Shown here: piece by piece, positions 42,675 through 55,783 of the stretch
Layout: each line of letters starts with the position of its first letter
Numbering within the stretch: position 1 is the stretch's first letter
Assembly (NCBI GenBank): GCA_964016885.1
Contig: OZ024751.1
Span: forward strand, 48,050,001 to 48,114,000
Direction of reading: 5' to 3'
DNA length: 64,000 nucleotides
Source: Eledone cirrhosa
Lineage: Eukaryota
Translations under genes and position numbers: made by a program
The notes under the pieces: generated by a model
What the model saw: only the letters and a program-made list of their open reading frames with translations
Databases searched by the model: none
What the model was told of the DNA's origin: nothing

Positions 42675-42732
42675 TAATATAACCCAGACTAATTTAACTG
42701 AAAGATCAAAACTTAACTCTTCCTTTCTCACA

Positions 42733-43246
42733 GCACACAAACTTATGAGAAATGACAGTGCTCCAGCATGACAAGAGCACACAAACTTATGAGAAATGAC
42801 AGTGCTCCAGCATGACAAGAGCACACAAACTTATATGAGAAATGACAGTGCTCCAGCATGACAAGAGCACACAAACTTATATGAGAAATGACAGTGCTCC
42901 AGCATGACAAGAGCACACAAACTTATGAGAAATGACAGTGCTCCAGCATGACAAGAGCACACAAACTTATATGAGAAATGATAGTGCTCCAGCATGACAA
43001 GAGCACACAAACTTATATGAGAAATGACAGTGCTCCAGCATGACAAGAGCACACAAACTTATATGAGAAATGACAGTGCTCCAGCATGACAAGAGCACAC
43101 AAACTTATATGAGAAATGACAGTGCTCCAGCATGACAAGAGCACACAAACTTATATGGGAAATGACAGTGCTCCAGCATGACAAGAGCACACAAACTTAT
43201 ATGAGAAATGACAGTGCTCCAGCATGACAAGAGCACACAAACTTAT
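42733..43246. repeat. 44/46-bp minisatellite (~11 copies)
   Basis: gcacacaaactt(at)atgagaaatgacagtgctccagcatgacaaga. Confidence 0.96.
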
Positions 43247-43325
43247 AAATATATATGTTCTTGTCTGATGACCCTATGATAAACAGGCAATACTCCACAG
43301 TAAGGAGACTCACTGTTTAGCCTTA

Positions 43326-43673
43326 ATCATCATCATTTTACGTCCGCTTTTCCCTGCTTGCAAGAGTGGGATGGTAACTGATTCTGGCTTGATTTCTACA
43401 CCAACCTCATTTACAGTGACTCCTGGGTGCTTTTTTTTCCATGGCGCCTACACGTCCACTTTACAGTGTGGGCTGGGTGCTTTTTTTGCTGTGGCACCTC
43501 CACGACCACTTTGCAGTGGAATGATATCATCTCATTTCTACAGCTGAGTAAACTGGAGCAATATGAAATAAAGTGTCTTGCTCAAGGAAACAACACATCA
43601 CCCGGTCTGAGAATTGAACTCACAACCTTTCGATTGCAAGCCCAATGCTCTAACCACTAAGCCATGTGCCTCC
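43326..43673 (-). mobile_element. SINE family A
   Basis: Reverse complement of the 12092 copy with small deletions. Confidence 0.92.
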
Positions 43674-43680
43674 TTAATAT

Positions 43681-43753
<73 letters not shown>

Positions 43754-43920
43754 ATACCTCTTGCTTCACACTTCAGTGATTAGCAAGTGCAGGAATGCGT
43801 TAAGAATTTAATATATTAAATAGACACACACAACAAAAAGAGAATTTTTTAAATTGTAAAATGTCAGAAAAATAAATAAACAAACAACTCCAGTTGAAAA
43901 AATACTTTAACAGTAAAATG

Positions 43921-43966
<46 letters not shown>

Positions 43967-44278
43967 ATTTAAGAAATTATTTTTTTTTCTTATTTTGCTT
44001 TAAGAAAAAATACTTTTAAATAAAAAGAAAATTTGTTTAAATTTACTAAATTGGTTTTTTTTTTATGAAAATGTAATTTAGAATGAAAAAAAAATTATTG
44101 AAGGGTAAATTAAAAACATAAATAATAGAAATAAGTAAAATATAATTTAAAAAAAACAACTTATATGTCTATTTAGATTATAGAATTGAAGACAATTGAG
44201 ATAAATTGGTGAAAATTTAATTTCAATGTAGACAACTCAGCAGTTTTAAAAGAAATAAAATTTATAGAACTAACAAGA

Positions 44279-44430
44279 ATATCACACAGGAGAATATAGA
44301 GAACTAAACTAGTGGAATTACTATGTTGATATCACACAGGAGAATATAGAGAATTTAACTAGTGGAATTACTATAGTAATATCACAGAGGAGACTATAGA
44401 GAAATAGACTAGTGGAATTACTATGGTAAT
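44279..44430. repeat. 50-bp tandem repeat x3, followed by a ~65-bp segment present twice (about 44451 and 44580)
   Basis: atatcacacaggagaatatagagaa...actagtggaattacta; acaacaatctgtccaca occurs twice. Confidence 0.85.
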
Positions 44431-44650
44431 AAAGTGAATTTCAACAATTAGTCTTTTACTCTAATACTGTAAATTTTCACAACAATCTGTCCACAAGTAA
44501 AGAAATTATAAACATTTGAATCAACAAAACTGGTTTTTAGATAGTTTCTGCTAAATCATTACAGGATATTTTTTAAATGAGTCTTTTACACCAATTCTGC
44601 AAATTTCCACAACAATCTGTCCACAGGTAAAGACTATAGACATTTATTAA

Positions 44651-44826
44651 CTCTTTAGCATTTAAACCGGTCATATCCAGTCAGAATTCTCTCACTATCT
44701 ATTCAAACTGGCCATAACTGGCCCATCATAGAGATGTTAAGGTATTGTTCTCGAAATATATAATATCAAAATCTCATACATTCGATATTATGTGAGATAA
44801 AGCCTTAACCATGGGTTTAACAAGGG
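44651..44826 (-). mobile_element. piggyBac-type MITE D (internally deleted)
   Basis: TTAA|CTCTTTAGCATTTAAACCGG ... AAGGG|TTAA. Confidence 0.8.
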
Positions 44827-45029
44827 TTAAACAGATGTGCACAAATTATATTTCAGCACATGAAATTATAATGAAATTCTTTGTTGATTCATTAAACCAC
44901 ATTTAATAGCTATCAGTTACATACACCGTTTCAAAAGTGGCTTTTACCATAGCCTTGTGCTCACTCGTGTATTGTGAGAGGAATTTGGTAGTTGAAAACT
45001 ATGTGGAACCCCAACACATTATTTCATTT

Positions 45030-45346
45030 TCATTTTACGTCCACTTTTCCCTGCTTGCAAGGGTGGGACAGGAACTGATTCTGGCTTGATTTCTACAGCT
45101 GGATGCCCTTCCTAACACCAACCTCATTTACAGCGAGTGCTGGGTGCTTTTTTGCCATGGCACCTCCACGACCACTTTGCAGTGGAATGATAGGGACCCC
45201 AGTGCCTATCATCTCATTTCTACAGCTGAGTAAACTGGAGCAATGTGAAATAAAGTGTCTTGCTCAAGGAAACAACACATCACCAGGTCTGAGAATTGAA
45301 CTCACAACCTTTCGATTGCAAGGCCAATGCTCTAACCACTAAGCCA
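45030..45346 (-). mobile_element. SINE family A
   Basis: Reverse complement of family A, near-identical to 26992-27317. Confidence 0.92.
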
Positions 45347-45892
45347 TATATATATATATAAATTTATTTCATGATAAAATGCATCCTGTACACTCTGTAG
45401 AGTTTAAGGATCATATGTAAGCAAGGCGTGGCCCTCAGCCAATCGGATGGGTTTGTTGCCTCAACGAAATACTGCCTTGATCTGTGATGGCCCATGCATT
45501 CCTTGCTAGCAGGGAAAACATATGGATGATGATGATGATGCTGCTGAAAGTATATTTCACTAATGTACATCAGTGAAAAATATACATCAGTTAAGGAAAT
45601 GGGTTTTTGAACAAATAATCTTTTGTGACATTTCTCCCACCAGAGATACAGTGGAATGTAGAAGAAAAACTTGTAAAAACTGGCTCCAACCTTGACAACA
45701 TATCCAACACATGCCACCATGGAAATGGTTGTAAAACAATGATGATGATGATGATGATGATGATGGCATCAATGATGATGATGATGATGATGATAATGAT
45801 GACAACGACTATGATTGTGATGATGCCGCCAACAGTATTGATAACAATTACGATGATAACGATGATAATTATCATGAAGACAGAAGAATTTT

Positions 45893-46732
45893 AATAATTG
45901 TTTCTACTTTTGGCACAAGGCCAGCAATTACCCAGTACATTACTGGTACTTTATTTTATCGACCCCGTAAGGATGAAAGGCAAAGTTAACCTCGGTGGGA
46001 TTTGAACTCAGATCATAAAGGGACATAACTATGCTAGAAAGCATGGCGTCAGGCCCTCTACCGATACTGCCAATCCACCGCCCTGAGAAGAATTTAAATA
46101 ATGAGGACTACAATAATTGTTTCTACTTTAGGCACATACCAGTAATTTGAAGGGGAGGGGAAAGTCGATTAAATCGACCCCAGTGCATTACTGGTGCTTT
46201 ATTTCATCGATTCAGTAATGGCAAAAGGCATAACCTCGGCGGGATTTGAACTCAGAACGTAAAGGGCCGTAACTCTTTGCTGCAAAGCATGGCGTCCGAC
46301 CCTCTACCGATACTGCCAATGCATCAAATGTAATAATTGTTTCTACTTTTGGCACAAGGCCGGCAATTACCCCAGTGCGTTACTGGTACTTTATTTTATC
46401 GACTCCGTAAGGACAAAAAGCAAAGTTAACCTCAGCAGGATTTAAACTCAGAATGTAAAGGGCCACAACTCTACTGCGCTGCAAATCATGGTGTCTGATG
46501 CTCTACCAATACTATCAATCCACTGCCAATAATAATAATTGTTTCTACTTTTGGCACAAGGCCAGCAATTACCCAGTGCATTACTGGTACTTTATTTTAT
46601 CGACCCCGTAAGGATGAAAGGCAAAGTTAACCTCGGCGGGATTTGAACTCAGACCGTAAAGGGACGTAACTATGCTGGAAAGCATGGCGTCCAACCCTCT
46701 ACCAATACTGCCAATCCACCGCCAATCCACTG
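45893..46732 (-). mobile_element. Cluster of four head-to-tail SINE B copies
   Basis: Copies at about 45893-46083, 46112-46320, 46331-46529 and 46530-46722. TSD-like duplications agaagaatttWaataat (45882/46086) and caatccactgccaataataat (46516/46723). Confidence 0.92.
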
Positions 46733-47130
46733 CCAATAATAATATAATGATGATCCTTTGCCCCATTGGAAGCCATATAACCAATAACAACAACAACAAC
46801 AACACTGTTGTTCACAAAATACATCACAGTATAAAATAAGAGAATAAAAACGAAATTAGTGAAAGTTACAAGATAATACTGTGTATTGATAGATTTCATA
46901 GAAATATCCATTGAGAGATACTGAGGAGGAAGACAACGAAAGTGAATTATCTGCAGTTTGCAGATGAAATAGAAAAAAAGCTATACAGCGCATTTAACAG
47001 GGTTTATTTTAAGGAAATTTTAGAATTCTGCAAATCTTTGAAGCAAGTACCATCATGACTTAACATATTCTATGAGTATGAGAAGCATTTGTAATGTAAT
47101 GGCTATTCTTAATATTTTACGAGGGTTTAA

Positions 47131-47352
47131 CCTTTTAGCATTGACATTACTCTATAATAGACTATTGTATTTTTGTGGTAAAGGCTTTATCTCACATAAT
47201 TATCTCACATAATATTGAATCTATGAGATTTTGATATTATTTATTTTGAGAACAATAACTTATCACCACTATGAGTAGCCAGTTATGGCTGGTTTGAAAA
47301 GAAAGAGGTGAGAGAATTCTGGCCAGATACAACCAGTTTAAATGCTAAAGGG
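47131..47352 (+). mobile_element. piggyBac-type MITE D
   Basis: TTAA|CCTTTTAGCATT ... AATGCTAAAGGG|TTAA. Confidence 0.9.
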
Positions 47353-47384
47353 TTAAAGTCTTTTAACTGTCAAATGTACATGTA

Positions 47385-47632
47385 ATCCAATCCAATCCAG
47401 AGCTTTCTCACTCCTGATGGAGGAACGCCTCCCTGGGCTGACCTCCACTGGTTTCTGTTTGGTTTTAGTCATTTCTTCAAGGGTGTAGCTGACACACACA
47501 TACATACATACATACATATATATCTGTCCAATCTCATCCAGGGTCATCACACTCCTGTTGGAGGAACCTCTCCCTGGGTTGACCTCCTTCACTTTCTGTT
47601 TGGGTTTTGGTCATTTCTTCAAGGGTGCAGTT
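47385..47632. repeat. Diverged ~105-bp direct duplication
   Basis: cactcctg.tggaggaac..ctccctggg.tgacctcc...tttctgtttgg.ttt.gtcatttcttcaagggtg.ag at about 47408 and 47549. Confidence 0.85.
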
Positions 47633-47849
47633 GTAACCCACCACGCTTGGCTAATTGCAAGTTGGTGAGGCTATTTAACTCATAGTTGAGGTGGATAGCC
47701 ATTAACTCTGAGGAGCTCATCTGCCCCTTTTAACAGCTCTTGTCTTTTGTGCTATGGGGTTCCACTTACCCTCCTCACCAGACCAGGATCAAGTGGATGA
47801 GCCGGTTTAGTCACTGACCACTCAAACATGCTTCATTGTGGATCTCTTT

Positions 47850-48070
47850 GGTGTTCCAATGAGGGGAAAACCCAGTTCTATCATAGCTTAGATCTCTTGG
47901 GTGGTTTAATGAAAGGAAACTCTAGTTCTATCATTGTTTAGAAGGTCTGTTGGGTGTTTTAATGAGGGGAACCCTAGTTCTATCATTGTTTAGAAGGCCT
48001 GTTGGGTGTTCTAATGAGGGAAACCCTAGTTTTTCATGGATTAGAAGGTCCCCTAGGTATTTTAATAAGA
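47850..48070. repeat. Degenerate ~53-bp tandem repeat x4
   Basis: aatgaggggaaccctagttctatcattgtttagaagg recurs. Confidence 0.8.
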
Positions 48071-48339
48071 GGAAGGTCATCACCATTTTTTTTAGTGATA
48101 GGAGGTGGGATTTCAAAGAATATATACTGCAAGACATCCTGCCCAATGTTGTGTGGTGAGAGAGAGGGGGGGCAGACAGACAGACATGTAGACAGACAGA
48201 CATGGTCAAAACAGAAAACAACAACAATTACACTAATATCAGGCTAACGAGGGAGCCTCTTTACCATGATATTTACCAACAGGAAGTTGATTGTAGAGAG
48301 ACGGAGGTGGGGGGGGGGCAAGGTGAGAAACCATTTTAT

Positions 48340-49015
48340 GTAGTGATCTGGCTATGTTGGTGGTAGTGATGGTTTAAGTGGTGGTGGGGATGATGGTGTT
48401 GTTGGTGGCAGTGGAGATGGTGTTGCTGTTGTTGGTGGTGGTAGTGTCGTATGAGAGGGAGGGGGGGGGGGGGGTTAGTGCTAGTGATGGTTGTGGTCGT
48501 GGTAATGGAAGTGGGTGGTTGTAATATTGGCATGATGGTTGTGGCTGTAGTGGTGGTGATGGTCGTGATAGTGGTATGGTGGTTGTCGTAGTGATGATGA
48601 TGATGGTAGTGGTAGTAGTGGTGGCTGTGATAGCTGTGTAGTGGTAGTGGTGATGATGGTAGTGGTAGTAGTGGTGATGGTAATGGTAGTGGTATTGATG
48701 GTGGTAGTGGTTGTGATGGTGATAGTGTAGTGGTTGTGATAGTGTTATGATGGTTGTGATAGTGTTATGATGGTTGTGATAGTGATGATGGTTGTGGTAT
48801 TGATGGTGGTAGTGGTTATGATAGTTGTAAGACGGTTGTGATAGTGTTATGATGTTAGTGGTGATGGTGGTGGTAGCACTGGTGGCTGTGGTGGTGATGG
48901 TGGTGGTAGCACTGGTGGCTGTGGTGGTGATGGTGGTGGTAGCACTGGTGGTTGTAGTGGTGATGGTGGTGGTAGCACCGGTGGTTGTAGTGGTGATGCT
49001 GGTAGTGATGGCTGT
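48340..49015. repeat. (GGT/GAT/GTA)n low-complexity repeat
   Basis: Directly visible. Confidence 0.9.
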
Positions 49016-49088
49016 GCCAATGCACAACACTTGATTCCTTCAACGAAAATATCCATTTTTTTTACTACATTAACAACATCATATAACA

Positions 49089-49171
<83 letters not shown>

Positions 49172-50309
49172 ACACGCACTACACACCACACACACACACA
49201 CAGTAGAATGATTAAAATTCGGGTCTCTTGAACAGCAAAATCCAAAATCGCCAACACGCCCACACATTTCTACAGATGTATGTGTGTATGTATATATGTG
49301 TATGTCTATATGTCTATATGTGTGTATGTATATATGGGTGCATGTATATGTGTGTATGCATATATGAGTGTATGTATATGTGTGTGCATGTATATGTATG
49401 TACATGTGTGTATGTCTGTATGTGGGTGTGTATGTGGGTGTACACCTAAATTCACACACACTCGCACAAACATAAATGTATATGCATATATATACACACG
49501 CCCATTTTATGGATATATAAATACACACACATACACACACTCACATATGTATATACACACACACATACACATGCACGAGTTTAATGCATATAAACATAAG
49601 CAGATACATTTTGTATGTATGCATGCATGCATATATACACAGACGCATTTTATGCATATACTTATATACATACACACGCATATATATATTTATATATATA
49701 TATTCCTGATCATTTCTCCCGAATGAAACAGTTCTAGTCCTGTAGAAGCCATTTATATATATATATAAAATATATATATATATACACACACACATACATA
49801 CATACATACATATATATACGTACACACACGTGCGTGTGTGTGCGTGCGTGTATAATGGTAGTGATATATTAGTTGTGCCACAAACACGTAAGATTGAAGA
49901 CGCAGAAGTGGCGAGAACAAATATATTAATTTTATGTGTGGTCTATGTGTGTATAAATTATACATACATATAAATGTATGTATAAATGCGAGTATACATG
50001 GTTATGCAAACGAGGAAAAAGACATACGCCCACGCAGAGATGTGTGGTTCGCCCCCTCTCCCTCTCTCGGACTTGGTAGTTACAAAGATATAGTAGAAAT
50101 AATGATGTGTTTATTGAGAGAGAGAGAGGGGTGCCTCTACAGACGGCTTTGAGTGGGAGAAGGGGGGGGGGGCGTAATATATACACACATGCATACACAC
50201 ATATATATATATACATGCATATATACATATATATATATATATATGTATACACAAGCAAAGCATATATATATGCTTGTAATATATAATATATTTGGGAGAG
50301 GGTAGGCAA

Positions 50310-50690
50310 ACATGCAGACATATAGACAGACAGATATATAGATAGATAGATGGACAGACAGACAGACAGATATATAGACAGACAGACAGACGGATGGAGA
50401 TAAGCAGATTGTCAGAGACACATACACACTTAGACAGAGGGATAGATAGAGAGATAGATGGATATGCAGATAGATAGAGGGATGGATAGATAGAGGGATG
50501 GATAGACAGAGAGATAGATAGGTAGATAGACAGAGAGATAGATAGACAGAGAGATAGATGGATAGACAGAGAGATAGACAGAGAGATGGATAGACAGAGA
50601 GATAGATAGACAGAGAGATAGATAGACAGAGAGATAGATAGGCAGATAGTTAGACAGGCAGATAGTTAGACAGGCAGATAGTGATATGCT
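50310..50690. repeat. (GATA/GACA)n microsatellite
   Basis: Directly visible. Confidence 0.93.
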
Positions 50691-51269
50691 GATAGTCATA
50701 CAGACACACATAAACACATACATAGATATACACATACACATACATTATATATCGATATATTGAATCAGATATAATGTAGCTATTGCTGGAACACGTGACC
50801 ACAGGTGGTAGTAATAGTAGTAGCAGCAGCAGTGGACTAATAGTAGTAGTAACAGTGAACTTAGTAGTGGTAGTAGTAGTGATAGTAGTAGTGATAGTAG
50901 TAGTAGTGGTAGTAGTAGTAGTAGCAGCAGCAGACTAATAGTAGTAGTAACAGTGAACTTAGTAGTGGTAGTAGTAGTGATAGTAGCAGTGGTGGTGGTA
51001 GTAGTAGTAGTAGTAGCAGCAGCAGTGAACTTAGTAGTGGTAGTAGTAGTTAACTTTGTGGTGGTGGTGGTGGTGGTGGTAGTAGTAGTAGTGGTAGTAC
51101 CACCATTACAATCCCCACTCCCAAGAACAAAAGTGACAACAGAGGTACATCCCACTAACTACCACACACCTCATATACCAGTTCTGCCCAATACAGCAAT
51201 GCATGAACTCCACCAAATCTCCACAACTCATTTTGCTATTATCGGAAGTCACCAATGCTGACGAGTGTT

Positions 51270-51505
51270 CAAACTGTTCGATCCATGGAACAGCTTGCTT
51301 GTGAAATTAACCTGCAAGTGTCTAAGCACTCCAAAGATATGTGCACCCTTTAAGTAGTTCTCAGGAAGATTCAGCATAACACAGTAAGTAACAACGCTGG
51401 TTCTCTGAATTACGCAGTAATGTGAAATAAAGTGTCTTGCTCAAGAGATCAATGCACTGCTGCAAATCGAACTAAAACACCCTAACCACTAAGCCACATG
51501 TCTTC
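51270..51505 (-). mobile_element. Old SINE with family A core
   Basis: tgtgaaataaagtgtcttgctcaag and ctaaccactaagccacatg (A box in reverse). Confidence 0.7.
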
Positions 51506-51955
51506 ACATAGTTCAACTTACTTCCTCTTATATAATTATTGCTAATTGAACTACCAAGAGAGCCACTTTGTGATCAGCCAGATTGCTAGAAATAATGCTC
51601 CTATCCCTTTTAAATCTCACACATCACTTTAAAAAAAAGAACACATTAGATGTGTTCTTGGGTTCCTTAGACAAAGAAAAAAAAACAAACATGATGGTCA
51701 TGGCTGGAATGCCCTTAATCCATAGGGATACTTGATCAGGGCTCACCAATAAAATGACCCACAATGTCACACCACATCAACTAAATGCCTCTTAACAAAT
51801 GTTTCTAGAAAATTAACCATCAAATGCAAAACTACACTCCTTACACCAAGATCACAATTTTAACCCCTTCCTTCCATCAGACACTCAAACTGAAATACTA
51901 CACACCTTCCACTAAGATCACAATTTTAACCTCTTCCTTTCAACAAACACCTTAA

Positions 51956-52164
51956 CCCTTTAGCATTTATATTACTCTATATTACTATTGTATTTTCACA
52001 GTAAAGGCTTTATCTTACATAAATATCTCAAATAATATCGAATCTATGAGATTTTGATATTATTTATTTTGAGAACAATACCTTAACGTCAGTATGAGCA
52101 GCCAGTTACGGCCAGTTTGGACAGAAAGAGGTGAGAGAATTCTGGCAAGATACAGCCAGTTTAA
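51956..52164 (+). mobile_element. piggyBac-type MITE D (3' TIR lost)
   Basis: TTAA|CCCTTTAGCATTT start with a family D body. Confidence 0.88.
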
Positions 52165-52165
52165 A

Positions 52166-52890
52166 AAGCAATAAAGGAATCTTAAAGCACAAGCTCTCCA
52201 GAGCCAGACAAAAACACAAAGACACGCCTAAACCACCAAAGGGCTGAAGGAATCCTTGCACCTACCAATATTAACAACTAGCACCAAATTCTCAGAATAT
52301 GGAAACTGGACAATATTGTAACAATTGTAAAGACCATCGACCATCAAAGACTCAAATAAAGTCACATGATAGAACCCTTCAGAACATCTAGAAAAGTTAA
52401 TCCTTGACATCCTTAACCCTTTAGCATTTGCATTACTCTATATTTTGTATCGGTGGATTGGCAGTATCGGTAGAGGGTCGGACGCCATGCTTTGACGCAT
52501 TGAGTTACGGCCCTTGCCATTCTGAGTTCAAATCCCGCCGAGGTTAACTTTGCCTTTCATCCTTACGGGGTTGATAAAATAAAGTACCAGTAATACACTG
52601 GTTAATTGCTGGCCTTGTGCCAAAAGTAGAAACAATTACTCTATATTTTGTATTGTATTTTCGCAGTAAAGGCTTTACCTCACATAATTATCTCACATAA
52701 TATCGAATCTATAAGATTTTGATATTTATTTTGAGAACAATACTTTACGTCGGTATGAGTGGCTGGTTTGAACAGAAAGAAGTGAGAGAATTCTGGTCAG
52801 ATATGGCTGGTTTAAATGCTTAAGGGTTAATTCATGCATCCCCACCTCTAAATCACATGAATTCCAATCACTATACTCAACAACCCCACA
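52166..52890 (+). mobile_element. Decayed LINE reverse-transcriptase N-terminal fragment split by a MITE
   Basis: AIKES*STSSPEPD..TKTRLNH...IWKLDNIVTIVK, then LEKLIL, and after the MITE SHEFQSLYSTT. These match RT motifs APGPD, WKxAxIxPIxK, LEKxI and QxGFRxxxST in the expected order. Confidence 0.6.
52417..52826 (+). mobile_element. piggyBac-type MITE D containing a SINE B insertion (52451-52634)
   Basis: TTAA TSDs at 52413-52416 and 52827-52830. The SINE is flanked by the 19-bp TSD attactctatattttgtat. Confidence 0.92.
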
Positions 52891-52929
52891 AACTAAGAAA
52901 GGAAAGAAGGGTCATAACTTCTAGTGCAA

Positions 52930-53150
52930 TCGAAGGGACACCCTCTTGTCACACATGTTTTGGGCATTTTAAACCTGTTGGAGACCATCCCTCTCCAGGT
53001 TAGAACACAAGCGCTTTCTTTCAGAGAGAAAGGCAGGGTCTATGACTCTTTGCAGCGCCTTTATGACTGGGGAAAACAAGAAAAAATAAGGTATCCTCAA
53101 ATTAGAGACCTGGTTCAAATGTTTCCGATAGGCTTGGCTCCTCTAATGGT
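52930..53150 (-). mobile_element. Possible decayed RT fragment
   Basis: Minus frames give VIKAL, ESACVL..GMVSNRFK and gtg-tga-caa-ga-ggg-tgt-ccc, resembling a frameshifted GVRQGCP motif. An alternative exon reading is discussed in the findings. Confidence 0.35.
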
Positions 53151-53443
53151 ACACAAAAGTCAGTTGAGGAGCAGAGCGCACGGGGGGGGGGGGGGGGGGG
53201 TTAAACCTGATGACAGATTAAGTTTACCACCCAAGTAGGCAACAGTGATATTTAAATTCAGAATGCAAAGAGCCAGAACAAATACCACAAGGTACCTCAT
53301 CTGCTGTTCAAACAATTTTACCAGCACACTGCTCCTGGACAGGTACTTTATTAACTCAGAAACTCACCTTTAATGTCCACAACACATGTAGATGATATGA
53401 TAAAGAAAACAAAATGACACACTAACATAGAGCAGTTAGTCGT

Positions 53444-55072
53444 ACCATATTTGACCAACAGAAGCAATAACAGTGGTGTACCAACATATATACTGGTCAC
53501 AGCTACCATGTTTGACCAACAGAAGCAACAACAGTGGTGTACCAACATATATACTGGTCACAGCTACCATGTTTGACCAACAGAAGCAAGAATAATGGTG
53601 TACCAACATATATACTGGTCACAGCTACCATGTTTGACCAACAGAAGCAACAACAGTGGTGTACCAACATATATACTGGTCACAGCTACCATGTTTGACC
53701 AACAGAAGCAACAACAGTGGTGTACCAACATATATACTGGTCACAGCTACCATGTTTGACCAACAGAAGCAACAACAGTGGTGTACCAACATATATACTG
53801 GTCACAGCTACCATGTTTGACCAACAGAAGCAAGAATAATGGTGTACCAACATATATACTGGTCACAGCTACCATGTTTGACCAACAGAAGCAAGAATAA
53901 TGGTGTACCAACATATATACTGGTCACAGCTACCATGTTTGACCAACAGAAGCAACAACAGTGGTGTACCAACATATATACTGGTCACAGCTACCATATT
54001 TGACCAACAGAAGCAACAACAGTGGTGTACCAACATATATACTGGTCACAGCTACCAAGTTTGACCAACAGAAGCAACAACAGTGGTGTACCAACATATA
54101 TACTGGTCACAGCTACCATGTTTGACCAACAGAAGCAAGAATAATGGTGTACCAACATATATACTGGTCACAGCTACCATGTTTGACCAACAGAAGCAAG
54201 AATAATGGTGTACCAACATATATACTGGTCACAGCTACCATGTTTGACCAACAGAAGCAACAACAGTGGTGTACCAACATATATACTGGTCACAGCTACC
54301 ATGTTTGACCAACAGAAGCAACAACAGTGGTGTACCAACATATATACTGGTCACAGCTACCATGTTTGACCAACAGAAGCAAGAATAATGGTGTACCAAC
54401 ATATATACTGGTCACAGCTACCATGTTTGACCAACAGAAGCAAGAATAATGGTGTACCAACATATATACTGGTCACAGCTACCATGTTTGACCAACAGAA
54501 GCAACAACAGTGGTGTACCAACATATATACTGGTCACAGCTACCATGTTTGACCAACAGAAGCAACAACAGTGGTGTACCAACATATATACTGGTCACAG
54601 CTACCATGTTTGACCAACAGAAGCAAGAATAATGGTGTACCAACATATATACTGGTCACAGCTACCATGTTTGACCAACAGAAGCAAGAATAATGGTGTA
54701 CCAACATATATACTGGTCACAGCTACCATGTTTGACCAACAGAAGCAACAACAGTGGTGTACCAACATATATACTGGTCACAGCTACCATGTTTGACCAA
54801 CAGAAGCAACAACAGTGGTGTACCAACATATATACTGGTCACAGCTACCATGTTTGACCAACAGAAGCAACAACAGTGGTGTACCAACATATATACTGGT
54901 CACAGCTACCATGTTTGACCAACAGAAGCAAGAATAATGGTGTACCAACATATATACTGGTCACAGCTACCATGTTTGACCAACAGAAGCAACAACAGTG
55001 GTGTACCAACATATATACTGGTCACAGCTACCATGTTTGACCAACAGAAGCAAGAATAATGGTGTACCAACC
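53444..55072. repeat. 61-bp minisatellite, ~27 copies, two interspersed variants
   Basis: taccatgtttgaccaacagaagcaa(caacag/gaataa)tggtgtaccaacatatatactggtcacagc. Confidence 0.98.
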
Positions 55073-55597
55073 AACATACAATAGATCCACAATAGACTAT
55101 CCCAGTCCTACTGGGATACTTTGTCTCTCAACAACAAACTACAAAGAACACAACAGTATATTAGGTATCATTAATAGGTTGTTCACAGACCACCTTTATA
55201 ACATGTTGACAGAAGACCACACCCAGACCACACCCACATTCATAACATGTTGCTGATAGATCACACCTATAGATTTCCATTATAATAGGTTCTTCACAGA
55301 CCACACCCACAGACATTTTTCATAATAGGTTGTTCACAGGCCTTTATATCAGGCTACACACATACCACATCCACAATATGTTGTTTGCATACCACCCTCA
55401 GACCACCTTTAAAACATACTTCCAGACCACACCCACAGATTACCCTTAAAAACACAATGAAACAAAAATGCCTGGACACATATGGTGTACAGTTTGTGGC
55501 TGCAACAAACATTAATAGTTAAAGTCTTTGTTACTATATGAAAACCCACCTCCAAACACCCACACATATATACAACATCCAAATACATATACAACAT

Positions 55598-55658
<61 letters not shown>

Positions 55659-55701
55659 ACACCCTAGAACACTGTTACAACATGTTAATAACATTATCTC
55701 T

Positions 55702-55783
55702 CCATCCTTACGGGGTCGATAAAATAAAGTACCAGTAATGTACTGGGTAATTGCTGGCCTTGTGCCTAAAATAGAAACAATTA
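55702..55783 (+). mobile_element. SINE B 3' fragment
   Basis: catccttacggggtcgataaaataaagtaccag...gaaacaatta. Confidence 0.85.

Noticed and set aside
46915-47058. Short protein-like frame (...LQFADEIEKKLYSAFNRVYFKEILEFCKSLKQVPS*)
   Set aside because: About 47 codons, no start codon, weak acceptor and no recognised motif. Within chance expectation.
49703-49740. CTGATCA...GAAACAGTTC hammerhead-like string
   Set aside because: Core G8 is altered and the stems are too weak to distinguish from chance.
52266-52387. Minus-strand exon-like segment (CSEGFYHVTLFESLMVDG...) with AG/GT boundaries
   Set aside because: The opposite strand carries ordered RT motifs of a decayed LINE, and the phase is incompatible with the neighbouring candidate exon.
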